From contig JAJRPI010000035.1 in assembly GCA_024280895.1 (NCBI GenBank), positions 16,596 to 80,595 of the forward strand: 64,000 nt of DNA, written 5' to 3'. A model generated the notes under the pieces. That model did not search any database, had not been told where the DNA came from, and saw only the letters and a list, made by a program, of their open reading frames with translations. Made by a program: the position numbers and the translations under genes. This DNA comes from Alphaproteobacteria bacterium (GTDB lineage: Bacteria; Pseudomonadota; Alphaproteobacteria; Rhizobiales; JAKIUO01). This document shows, one piece after another, positions 47,515 through 57,204 of this stretch; within the stretch, counting starts at the first letter, position 1; every line of letters starts with the position of its first letter.

Positions 47515-48876
47515 TTATTCAAATTCCATGGCACGAAAAACATGTCCGGCATTGCGCTTGGCAAGTTGGCGAAAGGTCGGCAGATGACTATAAGGCGATT
47601 GATCAATCAAATAGGCCTCCTTAAGGCCGCCACCATCCTCAATGAGCTTGCCAATCTTGGCGCGCAAATAGACCAGATAGTCTTGGGTATATTTGGTCAC
47701 CTGATCATATGTGGTTGCCTTGCCATGTCCCGGGATAATAATTTTTGCCTTCAGGCCTTCAAATATTTTCCATGTTTCAAGCCATGTTTTAGTATCGGTG
47801 TGACCGAACAGGGGGAGCAAACGCTGATGAAAGGCTACGTCTCCCGAAATTACCAGGCGCGACTTGGGCAGCCAGGTAACAATATCACCAGGGCTATGGG
47901 CTGGACCAAGATTTCGTAACTCGATGCGTGTGCCGCCAAGCTCAATTATGTGCTCTTTGGCAAATATAATATCGGGCATCACCAACTCGGTTTTTGCCGC
48001 TTTTTCCCGCATCCGCCGTTTCATACGGGCCAGAATATCAAGTCCACGCTCCTTGAGTTCATGAACTGCGTCTTCATGGGCGATAATTTTAGCCCCTTGC
48101 TCTTTCCAATAGCTGGAGCCAAGCGCTGCATGTCCCTGACCATTCTCCAGCACCACAAATTTCACCTTCTGCTTGGTGATTTTCTTGATCTCATCATGCA
48201 AAGCACTGGCGAGTTGATAATTGTCGCCCGCATTGACCACAACAACTCCATCCGTCGTAATGATAAAGGAAAGATTATTGTTATGGCCGCCGTTTTCATA
48301 GGTGCCAGGTGCCGTCGCGCCGATCGCTGACCAGACATTATCGGCAACCTTCACGGGCTTTGAAAAAAGGGCTGTCTCGGGTGCCTTGTCGCCCACCTCC
48401 ACCGGCAGGCCAGCCTTGCGCCATTCAAAAAAGCCGCCAGCATAGTTTGAGACATTAGTGTAACCCATTTTCATCAATGTTCGCGCCGCCAGTGGACTAC
48501 GCTGATTAGTCCCGCAATAGACGACAATCGGCGTGTCCTTATTGCGGACAGCATCGCCAATCCGAAATTCCAGCCAACCTCGGGGGATATTCTGATTTTG
48601 ATGTACACCGATCGTACCGCCAACCACAGAAATTTCGCGCCGGGTCCGCACGTCAATCAATGCCATATCTCTGTTTGCCTTGAGCATCTTCTCGAGAGCA
48701 CCAATTGTCACTTCTTGAATTTCGCCCTTGGCGGCCGCCAGCATAGCATCGCTTGTTTGCAGCGCCGACATTTGCTTTGCAGCTTTTTGTGCAAAAGCGC
48801 CAGCACTCACCAAAAACAGGAAAAGACCGATAGATAATATCCCAAAAACTTGCCTAGTTTTACAAGCAACTGCCAT
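47515..48876 (-). CDS. secreted rhodanese-domain / MBL-fold fusion protein
   Basis: Signal peptide, a rhodanese domain with the active-site loop VVYCGTNQRS, then an MBL-fold half (PGDIVTWLP, ISGDV, IIPGHG). The start is chosen at the ATG preceding the signal peptide. Confidence 0.7.
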   Translation of the reverse strand: MAVACKTRQVFGILSIGLFLFLVSAGAFAQKAAKQMSALQTSDAMLAAAKGEIQEVTIGALEKMLKANRDMALIDVRTRREISVVGGTIGVHQNQNIPRGWLEFRIGDAVRNKDTPIVVYCGTNQRSPLAARTLMKMGYTNVSNYAGGFFEWRKAGLPVEVGDKAPETALFSKPVKVADNVWSAIGATAPGTYENGGHNNNLSFIITTDGVVVVNAGDNYQLASALHDEIKKITKQKVKFVVLENGQGHAALGSSYWKEQGAKIIAHEDAVHELKERGLDILARMKRRMREKAAKTELVMPDIIFAKEHIIELGGTRIELRNLGPAHSPGDIVTWLPKSRLVISGDVAFHQRLLPLFGHTDTKTWLETWKIFEGLKAKIIIPGHGKATTYDQVTKYTQDYLVYLRAKIGKLIEDGGGLKEAYLIDQSPYSHLPTFRQLAKRNAGHVFRAMEFE

Positions 48877-49082
48877 ATTCATTTCCCTCATACTCTCTCT
48901 TGCAACATTTGTCATTTCACATACCCGGCCACACAATGCTCAGCCCTGCAAGTCATATGTTCGTGTGGTACTTCACTTCAACACATCATTCATTTCTGCC
49001 ATCTTCCCCCTATTGCGCCCCCCTTTTGCCACAATAACGGACAATAGACTTGCCTGATTGTAGCCTCAATGGAGACGTGGGA

Positions 49083-49508
49083 ATGGAACAAAGCTATGTG
49101 GTTGGACAAGCCTGGACTTATAAAGCCCCTGCAGGGTTTGAGGGATCACGCATCATAATCGGAGCGATCCTAACATTCGCAAATCATGAACCCATCATCT
49201 GCGTCGCCGTTACGAGGGCCCCCATGAGCGACAGGAACGGGCGCGTGCAATCCTTGACCATCCCGTTTCTACCCTTCTCAAAAATCGCCTTTGACCAGAC
49301 CATCATGACCATTGATCACTCTACGCAATTGCCCCAAGACTTTGTAAACCACTATACAAGCTGGAAAAATGATCTAAAAGGCCTTGGCTTCATTAACATC
49401 CCTTTCAAAGGATTGTTGCGATCCATGAATGATGAACTCCTCAAAAAAGAGAAACGGGCGACGCGCTCCATCGACAATATTATCTGTATCAACAATTTTC
49501 AGCATTGA
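49083..49508 (+). CDS. hypothetical protein
   Basis: 141 aa from an ATG with GGAGA SD. No recognisable motif. Confidence 0.45.
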   Translation: MEQSYVVGQAWTYKAPAGFEGSRIIIGAILTFANHEPIICVAVTRAPMSDRNGRVQSLTIPFLPFSKIAFDQTIMTIDHSTQLPQDFVNHYTSWKNDLKGLGFINIPFKGLLRSMNDELLKKEKRATRSIDNIICINNFQH

Positions 49509-49576
49509 TCACGTGCACTTTCCAAGTGACGGCCACTCCCTTCTCATGCCAAAATGCGACGAGTAGGAGCACGAAA

Positions 49577-50177
49577 ATGGACACCTATCTGCTATTGAAA
49601 TTCGCGCATATTTTGGGGTTCATACTACTCGGAGGCGGCTTGTTGGCGGTCTGGGTATCAGAATTTCAAGCCTACCGCACCAATGAAATGGGCGTGTTCG
49701 CGCAAAGTGCCCGCTATACCGCTATCTTCTACGATTTCCTCGTCATTCCCGGCGCCATGACCACCGCCACATCAGGCTTTTTTCTGGTGCAAAAACTTGA
49801 GCTTGGTTTTTTTGAAGAACCCTGGCTCATCACCATGTGGGGGCTATTCCTGTTTGAATTTGTCGAAGGCAATACTATCACCCGCTTCCAGTTCCGCAAA
49901 ACCCTGTACAGCTCTAAAAAAAGCACTCGAAGCTGGCAAAACCCTGACCCAAGAAGTGCGCGAAGATGCCCGCACCCTGATCAACCAGATCGTTCACTTC
50001 CTCGATTTGCCAATGACCATAGTCATTATCTATTGCGGCACAGTACGCCCCGACAACTGGACAACCATTTTGATTGCCATCGCCATGGCGCTTGCAGCAA
50101 CCGCACTGCTGGTAATCTTCGTGCCGCGCCTAAGGGTGTTTGGCGTCATAGTATCTTGGAATAAAAAACACGGCTGA
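49577..50177 (+). pseudogene. DUF2269-like integral membrane protein gene interrupted by a +1 frameshift near 49905-49925
   Basis: AGGAG SD plus MDTYLLLKFAHILGF... in the 49505 frame up to ...FRKTLYS. The membrane-protein-like sequence then continues in the 49797 frame (LKKALEAGKTLTQE...TILIAIAMALAATALLVIFVPRL), while the original frame becomes R/P/S-rich nonsense. Confidence 0.55.
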
Positions 50178-50586
50178 AACCATCTTCATGCCTGCGACCT
50201 GTTTCTGTATATCCTCTGGATTCATAGAAGCTAAAATTCTCTGTCATTTTTTCGTGGGTGTAGAGCTCTATTGTTTCAAAGCCTCGCCCCCGCGCTGCTG
50301 ACTCTGCAAATTCCACGAGCAGCGATCCGTCCCCCTTGCCGTGCTCTCTTGGCAACACAGCAATATTTTCAAGGTGCATGACATCATCGATAGGGTAAAA
50401 AACGATAAAACCCTCGACCTTTTTATCGATCTCAAGGACATACAGATTTCCTGCAGTCTGAATGGCAAGAAAGTCAGCAACCATTGGTGCTGGTTTCTTG
50501 CCTAGGCGCTGTTCGTAACGACTGTAAGCGTCAACCGCACATTTTTGGACGGCATCAACATCAGATATTGCCGCAGGCCTGATCAC
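50146..50586 (-). CDS. GNAT-family N-acetyltransferase
   Basis: LENIAVLPREHGKGDGSLLVEFAE acetyl-CoA-binding motif. GTGA overlap with the metZ stop. Confidence 0.8.
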   Translation of the reverse strand: MIRPAAISDVDAVQKCAVDAYSRYEQRLGKKPAPMVADFLAIQTAGNLYVLEIDKKVEGFIVFYPIDDVMHLENIAVLPREHGKGDGSLLVEFAESAARGRGFETIELYTHEKMTENFSFYESRGYTETGRRHEDGFSRVFYSKIL

Positions 50587-51803
50587 TTCATTGCCCCAAG
50601 CGCCTGCTCCAGATCTTCAATCAGATCTTGCACGTCTTCAAGACCGACGGACAGACGCATGAGAGCTGGCGTAATACCAAGCTCCAAACGTTCTTCATCG
50701 GACAAACGCTGATGGGTCGTCGTAGTGGGGTGAGTGATCAGACTTTTAGCATCCCCCAGATTATTGCAGATCTTGATGATCGACAATTTGTTCATGAACG
50801 CAAATGCTTCGCGCTTGTCACCCTTGATCTCGAAAGCGACCAGCGGCCCCCCGCCCCCCATTTGCTTTTTATGCAACTCGTAATGCGGATGATCGCTGCG
50901 GCCAGGATACATCACACGCGCAATCGAGCTGTGCTCACCCAAAAAATCAGCAATCTTGGCGGCGTTCTCACCATGTTGGCGCACACGCAGCGACAAGGTC
51001 TCCAATCCCTTCAGCATTACCCAGGCATTGAACGGGCTCAGCGATGGCCCGGTCTGGCGCACATATTCACGAAAGTCGCCGTTAATATAATCAGCTGTAC
51101 CAAGTACGATGCCGCCAAGACAGCGCCCCTGCCCGTCAATATGTTTGGTAGCCGAATAGAGCACGATATCAGCACCAAATTTTAGGGGCTGCTGCAAAAT
51201 AGGCGTTGCGAACACATTATCGACCACCAGCTTAGCGCCGACCGAATGAGCGACCTGCGCAACCTTTTCAAGATCAATCAGATCGAGCGTCGGATTAGTT
51301 GGGGTCTCCAAAAATACCAGTTTGGTATTAGAGCGAATACCCGCCTGCCAGGCGTCAAGGTCGCCGCCATCAACGAGCGTTGTCTCGATCCCAAGGCGCG
51401 GCAGTAATTCATTGAGCAAATAGAGCGATGCGCCAAACAAAGCTTTTGCTGCCAGTACATGATCACCAGACGATAGCTGGCTCATAAACACCGCATTGAC
51501 CGCCGCCATGCCCGAACTCGTCGCCATCGCAGCCTCTGTCCCCTCAAGCAGACGCATGCGTTCTTCAAACATGGAAACCGTTGGATTACCGTAGCGTGAA
51601 TAAATATAGCCGTCGGTCTCTCCCTTAAAGCGCTTTTCAGCTTCTTGCGGCGAGGGATAAACATAACTCGACGTCAGATAAAGTGCTTCAGAGGTTTCAC
51701 CATATTGAGAGCGCATCTCCCCCGCCCCGTGAACGGAGCGCGTATCAAAACGCCAATTGGCACTATCTTGTCCATTGGGAATGTCGGATTTGTTGTCAGT
51801 CAT
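50583..51803 (-). CDS. metZ: O-succinylhomoserine sulfhydrylase
   Basis: Cys/Met-metabolism PLP family (YSRYGNPTV, ATSSGMAA, SATKHIDGQGR). ATG at 51803 with AAGGAG SD. The track ORF is extended upstream. Confidence 0.9.
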   Translation of the reverse strand: MTDNKSDIPNGQDSANWRFDTRSVHGAGEMRSQYGETSEALYLTSSYVYPSPQEAEKRFKGETDGYIYSRYGNPTVSMFEERMRLLEGTEAAMATSSGMAAVNAVFMSQLSSGDHVLAAKALFGASLYLLNELLPRLGIETTLVDGGDLDAWQAGIRSNTKLVFLETPTNPTLDLIDLEKVAQVAHSVGAKLVVDNVFATPILQQPLKFGADIVLYSATKHIDGQGRCLGGIVLGTADYINGDFREYVRQTGPSLSPFNAWVMLKGLETLSLRVRQHGENAAKIADFLGEHSSIARVMYPGRSDHPHYELHKKQMGGGGPLVAFEIKGDKREAFAFMNKLSIIKICNNLGDAKSLITHPTTTTHQRLSDEERLELGITPALMRLSVGLEDVQDLIEDLEQALGAMK

Positions 51804-51911
51804 GCTCAAAAGCTCCTTTTGCCACGCGGCAGATTCATAAAAAAGGGCATAAAAAAGCCCCAACCGGACCGAGGCCAAGCTGGGGGAAAATACCCTCCAA
51901 AAGTGCTTGTA

Positions 51912-51970
51912 GCTCGGCCTTTTAGCGAATTATTTAAAGTGGCTGCAAGCCGACCGGCCAAATCACCACA
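51912..51970 (-). promoter_or_regulatory. SAM-II (SAM-alpha) riboswitch aptamer in the metZ leader
   Basis: Minus-strand RNA reads GGUGAUUUGGCCGGUCGGCUUGCAGCCACUUUAAAUAAUUCGCUAAAAGGCC and carries the GUGAUUU / GGCUUGC.GCC / CGCUAAAA hallmarks of the alphaproteobacterial metA-type element. Confidence 0.75.
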
Positions 51971-52126
51971 TAAAATCAATCTATAATAACTGTTATAGTC
52001 TGGGGATTAAGAACCAGTTCCAGCTTGGCGTCAAGAGGGAAAAGCTTTAGGGTTCCAGCAAATTACACCAGTGTCGGGCGAACCAACCAGACGACCAATC
52101 CGGCACCAGCATAACAGGCGCAGACT

Positions 52127-53221
52127 ATGACAGGCATCTTGCCAGCCCACGCCATCGAGCGTTTGATTGAACAAAAAACTATCTCCCTGGCTACTCCCGT
52201 AACGAAGGGACAAATCCAACCAGCCTCTCTTGACTTACGACTTGGCAATGTCGCCTACCGGGTGCGCGCCAGTTTCTTGCCCGGCCCAGGCACATTGGTT
52301 GGCGACCGGATCAATGATCTCAAAATGCACGAAATCGATCTCTCAAAAGGTGGTGCAGTGCTGGAGCGCGATTGCGTCTATATTGTTCCCTTGCAAGAAA
52401 GCCTTGATCTGGATGACAGCCTTTGCGCGTTCACCAATCCCAAAAGTTCCACCGGTCGCCTTGACGTGTTTACCCGTGTCATCTGCAACGGGTCGCGCGC
52501 TTTTGACCAAATCGGCGCGGGATATAAAGGGCCGCTATACGCCGAGATTTGCCCGCAGACTTTTCCGGTGCTGGTGCGCAAGGGATCAAGACTGTCGCAA
52601 ATTCGCTTTCGACTTGAAAAAGAGAACCCAGCTGCCAAGCCAGTGCTTGCCGATTACCCTGAACTACTGGAGCAGACAAAAGCCAACGACACTTTGATGC
52701 ATATGAGCGGCATCCCCTTGTCGGTGGAACTGCTTGGCAAGGATGAGGATGATCTGATCGGCTATCGCGCCAAGAAACACACGGGCGTTGTCGATATGGA
52801 TGCGCCCAACTCGTGTGAAGTGCTTGATTATTGGGAACCTATTTATTCTCGCGGCAAGCCACATTTGATCCTTGATCCCGATGAGTTTTATATTTTGGCC
52901 TCCAAGGAATCGGTGCATGTGCCACCAGAATATGCCGCTGAAATGGTGCCGTTCAATCCACTTGTTGGAGAATTCCGCGTGCATTATGCTGGCTTTTTTG
53001 ACCCCGGTTTTGGTCATAGCTCTTCGGGGGGAAGCGGCTCAAAAGGCGTACTTGAAGTGCGTAGCCACAAGGTCCCGTTTATTCTTGAGGATGGACAAAT
53101 CATTGGCCATCTTATCTATGAGCATTTAAGCGAAGCTCCCAGACAACTCTATGGCACCGATATTGGCTCCCATTATCAAGCGCAGGGCCTCAAACTTTCC
53201 AAGCATTTTTATACCAAATAG
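52127..53221 (+). CDS. dcd: 2-prime-deoxycytidine 5-prime-triphosphate deaminase (long alphaproteobacterial form)
   Basis: 364 aa, TGILPAHAIERLIE...IQPASLDLRLG...NPKSSTGRLDVF. Divergent from metZ, as is common in this class. Confidence 0.9.
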   Translation: MTGILPAHAIERLIEQKTISLATPVTKGQIQPASLDLRLGNVAYRVRASFLPGPGTLVGDRINDLKMHEIDLSKGGAVLERDCVYIVPLQESLDLDDSLCAFTNPKSSTGRLDVFTRVICNGSRAFDQIGAGYKGPLYAEICPQTFPVLVRKGSRLSQIRFRLEKENPAAKPVLADYPELLEQTKANDTLMHMSGIPLSVELLGKDEDDLIGYRAKKHTGVVDMDAPNSCEVLDYWEPIYSRGKPHLILDPDEFYILASKESVHVPPEYAAEMVPFNPLVGEFRVHYAGFFDPGFGHSSSGGSGSKGVLEVRSHKVPFILEDGQIIGHLIYEHLSEAPRQLYGTDIGSHYQAQGLKLSKHFYTK

Positions 53222-53282
53222 AGTGAGCTAAAGCCACAGAGCCAAGCGCTGTGGAAATCGGCCTCCGCGCAACAAAAAAAAC

Positions 53283-53310
53283 GACTACCCTTTCGGGTAG
53301 CCGCCTTTTT
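53283..53310. terminator. candidate bidirectional terminator between convergent dcd and ldt genes
   Basis: A run of A, then gactaccc-tttc-gggtagcc, then gccttttt. Confidence 0.55.
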
Positions 53311-53332
53311 CGATTTTCAAGGTACAAAACCT

Positions 53333-53986
53333 TTAGAAACCAAAGTTAAAGACCGAGCGCGAGAAGTTCGCATTGCGTTTTTTGCTGCCATAGGAAGCAT
53401 ATGACGGGCTGCTGCTTTTAAATTTATTATAGGTCACAACAATCTTGCTTCCGACAGAAGCGCGATTATAGAGATCGATAACATCTTTATTGAACATCCG
53501 AACACAACCATGAGATACCGCTTCACCAATCAGCCAAGGGGCGTCAGTTCCGTGGATCCGATAGAGAGTGTTTCCGACATACAAAGCACGTACACCTAAT
53601 GGATTTTTAGGATCTCCACCTTGAACAACCAATGGCAATTTGGGATTTTCACGGCGCATAGATGGCGTTGGCGTCCAAGTGGGATCGACCCGTTTGGACG
53701 TCATTCTGAAATTTCCCGACCATTTTGCATCGGGTTTTGGAACAGCAATCGGATAGCTGATTGCACGCTTGCCTTTAAGGACATAGTACAAACGGCGATC
53801 ACTAAAGCTGACAACCATTGTGCCAGGAGTGTGTTTTGTTTTGAAGGAAACAATATGCTTGCTTTCAGCTTTGGAGGAAGAACCCCATCCCCAGCTTTGG
53901 GCCGCTGCTTCATCTGTTGGAACACCAACAGCAAAAGACACAGCGCAAACACCAACAATCAACGACTTCAGACTAACTAACTTCAT
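53333..53986 (-). CDS. L,D-transpeptidase (YkuD domain)
   Basis: Signal peptide. IHGT....IGEAVSHGCVRMFNKDVIDLY catalytic motif. Confidence 0.9.
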   Translation of the reverse strand: MKLVSLKSLIVGVCAVSFAVGVPTDEAAAQSWGWGSSSKAESKHIVSFKTKHTPGTMVVSFSDRRLYYVLKGKRAISYPIAVPKPDAKWSGNFRMTSKRVDPTWTPTPSMRRENPKLPLVVQGGDPKNPLGVRALYVGNTLYRIHGTDAPWLIGEAVSHGCVRMFNKDVIDLYNRASVGSKIVVTYNKFKSSSPSYASYGSKKRNANFSRSVFNFGF

Positions 53987-54210
53987 ATCACTAACCTTTT
54001 TACACTTTACAGGGCTTACTAAACACTTGAGCCAAGTCTTTGGTACCTCATTAAGGTTACCATTTTATTACTTTGCTCAATTTTCCCTGTGCCAATAGCC
54101 CCCGACCTCTCACCCACACAAACGCATAACTATTCAGTACAATTTCTTCTTAGACCGCATTTTCCCAAATATGCTTTCGATCAATATAAACTTCGGAAGC
54201 ACGACGATTG

Positions 54211-54531
54211 TCACCACTTTAGATTTCGCTTAAATCGGCGGACCGCAACAGGTCTTGTCTTTGTGTTAGCCACATCTTGCAGCAACAGATGATCGCGCAC
54301 CACAGGACCATTTTTTTTCTTATTATTTGCAATAGGGATCAATAGAGCCCGCCCGTTGCCAAGGCTGAAAACAACCTGATCCCTTGCGCCATTTGTCGTC
54401 ATCACGCCAAGTGGTTGTTGTTTTTGAAGATCTATTATTGTGGCCGCCATTGAAGACTGCCATGAAAGTCCCACAAGTATGAACGAGCATACAAACACTT
54501 TTTTGAAGCGGCGGAATTCATCTGCAAACAT
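54211..54531 (-). CDS. hypothetical small secreted protein
   Basis: From an internal ATG: MFADEFRRFKKVFVCSFILVGLSWQSSMA signal-like N-terminus. No family recognised. Confidence 0.35.
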   Translation of the reverse strand: MFADEFRRFKKVFVCSFILVGLSWQSSMAATIIDLQKQQPLGVMTTNGARDQVVFSLGNGRALLIPIANNKKKNGPVVRDHLLLQDVANTKTRPVAVRRFKRNLKW

Positions 54532-54790
54532 TATACCTACCTGACAACAAACAACTACACGACGTTCAACAAGGTACAAAACCCATTGAACAAATAAGAT
54601 ACCGACCGAGTAACTCATAAATTATTTTGGTCACAGCTGAAGAAGTTATTCAAGAGCCCCCCCGGTTAATGCTGTTGATTTCACTTGTCACAGGCCGGTT
54701 TTACGTCGGCTGTGGGTTTCTTGCCACAAAATCGCCGCATTTAAAACGCGTCCCTTAAAGGGCCAGCGACAAGCACTGACCCACTTTGCG

Positions 54791-57031
54791 CTATCTCGCC
54801 AACAGCTTTCCCTCAACCGGCTCCAGACATATTTCATCTGAACAGGCTTGCAGGGTCAATTTCAGATTGAGACGATCACCAACCTCTTTTGCAAGAGGCG
54901 CTATGATTTCAACATCGCCTTCATACAAGGCCATTTCTTCATCATTGAATTTCAGCTTTCTGTTGACGGCCGCTGGATACTCGATGGCCCCGGCCAATCC
55001 CTTTGCGCTCGCCGCTTCCAGTTTGGTGGGAATAAAGTCGTCATTTAAAGGCTTGTCAGAATTGATATGCCACCCCGGGGCAATCTTCAAAGAAACAATA
55101 GCTTTACCATTGGTTCTATCAATTTTTGCCTCGACCCGTACTTTACCTTGAGCGAAATATTGCACGGGGCCAACTTCACCACTGCGCATCATATCAGCGC
55201 CGCGTAGCACATAGGCAACCGAACGCGGTGCCTCAACCGCCAACCCGGACAAGGCGGCCAGTAACGCATCGCCGCGATTGCGAATTTCAAGATCCTGACT
55301 GCGATTGGTCAGCATGGATAAAACCTCAAGGGCCGTTGAATTGCCAGAAGGGATCGCTCCATCAGAGCGGGTCTTGCCACGAATAAAGGTATCAGACTTT
55401 GCCACCATGAAAAAATCACCGGCATCTGGATCGACAAACTTCTTGATCATATGCGCTGTTAGTTCTTGTGCCTTTTTCAAATGCGCGGGATTTTTAGTGG
55501 CGTCAAAAGTGTGGACATAGGCCAGCGCCAGATAAGCATAATCTTCCTGCTGCGCCTCAAGCTCTGCCTTGCCGGCAAAATAAGAGCGCAGGTAGCCACC
55601 GTTCGCGGTTTTCATGTTGTTTTCAATAAATGACAGGGCCTTTTCAGCCAGCTCTACATAATGAGGGTTCTTCAAAATGATCGAGGCTTCCGCAATGGCG
55701 GCAATCATCATACCATTCCACGAGAGTACCGTTTTCTCATCGAGATGCGGGGCGATACGTTTCTCGCGCTCCTTATCAAGCTTGGCACGAAAACCTGTCA
55801 CAATTTTAGTAAACTGCTCATCGCTTAATTTTAATTTGGCCGCCAGCTCTTGCGGATTTTGGGGAAAATGCAAGATCGTCTTGCCTTCGAAATTGCCATC
55901 CTTTGTGACACCAAATATCTTTGCCGCCAATGCACCGTCTGTTTTTCCCAAAACCTTGTTCAACTGCTCAGGGGTCCAAACATAAAAAGTCCCCTCCTCC
56001 CCTTCACTATCGGCATCCCAGGCAGAATAAAAACTACCCTTCTTTGACATCATTTTGCGTTCAACATAAGCAATCGTGCGCTTCGCAGCGCGTGCATAGC
56101 GCTCGCGCCCGGTCAAGCGATAGGCCTGCAACAAAACCCGGACCATCTGCGCCTGATTGTAGAGCATTTTTTCAAAATGTGGGATCCGCCACTCATTATC
56201 CGTCGCGTAGCGATGAAAACCGCCCCCGACATGATCATGGATGCCGCCATCAAGCATGAAATCAAGCGTTCGTGTCACCGCTTCAAGCGCTTCACTATCC
56301 TTATGCCCGCCAGCCAATTGCAGCAAAAACATCAAGGTGGGTTCATTTGGAAATTTGGGAGCCGTATCGAAACCGCCATTAAAAGTATCGGCACTGGCGA
56401 TAATCTCTCGCCCCGCCTTGGCCAGAACCTCTGGTGTTATGGCGCGCGCTTCAACGCGGCGATTGAGGATTTGCTTGATAACATTTGAAATCTTTTCACC
56501 ATCCGCGACCAAAGCCTTTTCATTGGTGATCCACTGATTGCCAATTTCGGTCAGCAATTTTGCAAACGTCTCCCGAGGAAAATAAGTACCAGCATAAAAT
56601 GGTTTGAGGTCGGGGGTTAAAAACAAGGAATTTGGCCATCCACCACTACGGGTGATAATCTGTGTGGCGATCATATAGGTTTCATCAACATCGGGGCGGC
56701 GTTCGCGATCCACTTTAATGGCCACAAAATGCTTGTTGAGAATTTTCGCCAGCCCCTCATTTTCGAAGCTTTCGCGCTCCATTACATGACACCAGTGACA
56801 CGTCGAATATCCAATCGACAGGAAAATTGGTTTGTTTTGCTTGCGCGCCGCTTCAAAGGCTTCGGGCCCCCATGGATACCAGTCAACCGGATTATTGGCA
56901 TGTTGCCGCAAGTAAGGGGATGCCGCTCCAGCAAGTCTGTTGGTCATCTCATGACTTTCTTTTCCTGTGGCATGAATATTTGGCACAAACAATGCCAGCA
57001 TCAGACTGATAGCGGCTGTAAAATTTTTCAT
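54791..57031 (-). CDS. secreted thioredoxin-domain protein (DUF255/YyaL-like) with a DsbD-N-like C-terminal extension
   Basis: Signal peptide; [18 protein letters not shown] thioredoxin-like motif; a six-hairpin middle domain. The C-terminal ~150 aa has [12 protein letters not shown]...FIPTKLE...[12 protein letters not shown]. Confidence 0.85.
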   Translation of the reverse strand: MKNFTAAISLMLALFVPNIHATGKESHEMTNRLAGAASPYLRQHANNPVDWYPWGPEAFEAARKQNKPIFLSIGYSTCHWCHVMERESFENEGLAKILNKHFVAIKVDRERRPDVDETYMIATQIITRSGGWPNSLFLTPDLKPFYAGTYFPRETFAKLLTEIGNQWITNEKALVADGEKISNVIKQILNRRVEARAITPEVLAKAGREIIASADTFNGGFDTAPKFPNEPTLMFLLQLAGGHKDSEALEAVTRTLDFMLDGGIHDHVGGGFHRYATDNEWRIPHFEKMLYNQAQMVRVLLQAYRLTGRERYARAAKRTIAYVERKMMSKKGSFYSAWDADSEGEEGTFYVWTPEQLNKVLGKTDGALAAKIFGVTKDGNFEGKTILHFPQNPQELAAKLKLSDEQFTKIVTGFRAKLDKEREKRIAPHLDEKTVLSWNGMMIAAIAEASIILKNPHYVELAEKALSFIENNMKTANGGYLRSYFAGKAELEAQQEDYAYLALAYVHTFDATKNPAHLKKAQELTAHMIKKFVDPDAGDFFMVAKSDTFIRGKTRSDGAIPSGNSTALEVLSMLTNRSQDLEIRNRGDALLAALSGLAVEAPRSVAYVLRGADMMRSGEVGPVQYFAQGKVRVEAKIDRTNGKAIVSLKIAPGWHINSDKPLNDDFIPTKLEAASAKGLAGAIEYPAAVNRKLKFNDEEMALYEGDVEIIAPLAKEVGDRLNLKLTLQACSDEICLEPVEGKLLAR

Positions 57032-57167
57032 AACGTTCCTGGCTTTTAGATCTGTTTGTAAGTTTCCATGAGCCTAAAAGTTCTGTCCTTTAGATACGAA
57101 TGAACAATTCGTGATCTGCTTTCTCTCCGCTGATTTCCTCCCTTGACTCCCGTCTTTATCTTCATTA

Positions 57168-57182
57168 GAACAAATAAGGAAC
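57168..57182. promoter_or_regulatory. alphaproteobacterial LexA (SOS) box
   Basis: GAACaaataagGAAC, an exact GAAC-N7-GAAC direct repeat, 23 nt upstream of the imuA start codon. Confidence 0.75.
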
Positions 57183-57204
57183 ACACGCAAGGGAAATATC
57201 ACAA

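Noticed and set aside
51830-51862. Intrinsic terminator as the expression platform of the SAM-II element (GGGC-UUUUUUAU-GCCC-UUUUUU)
   Set aside because: The stem is only 4 bp, too weak to call a terminator. It is mentioned in the riboswitch finding as an open question.
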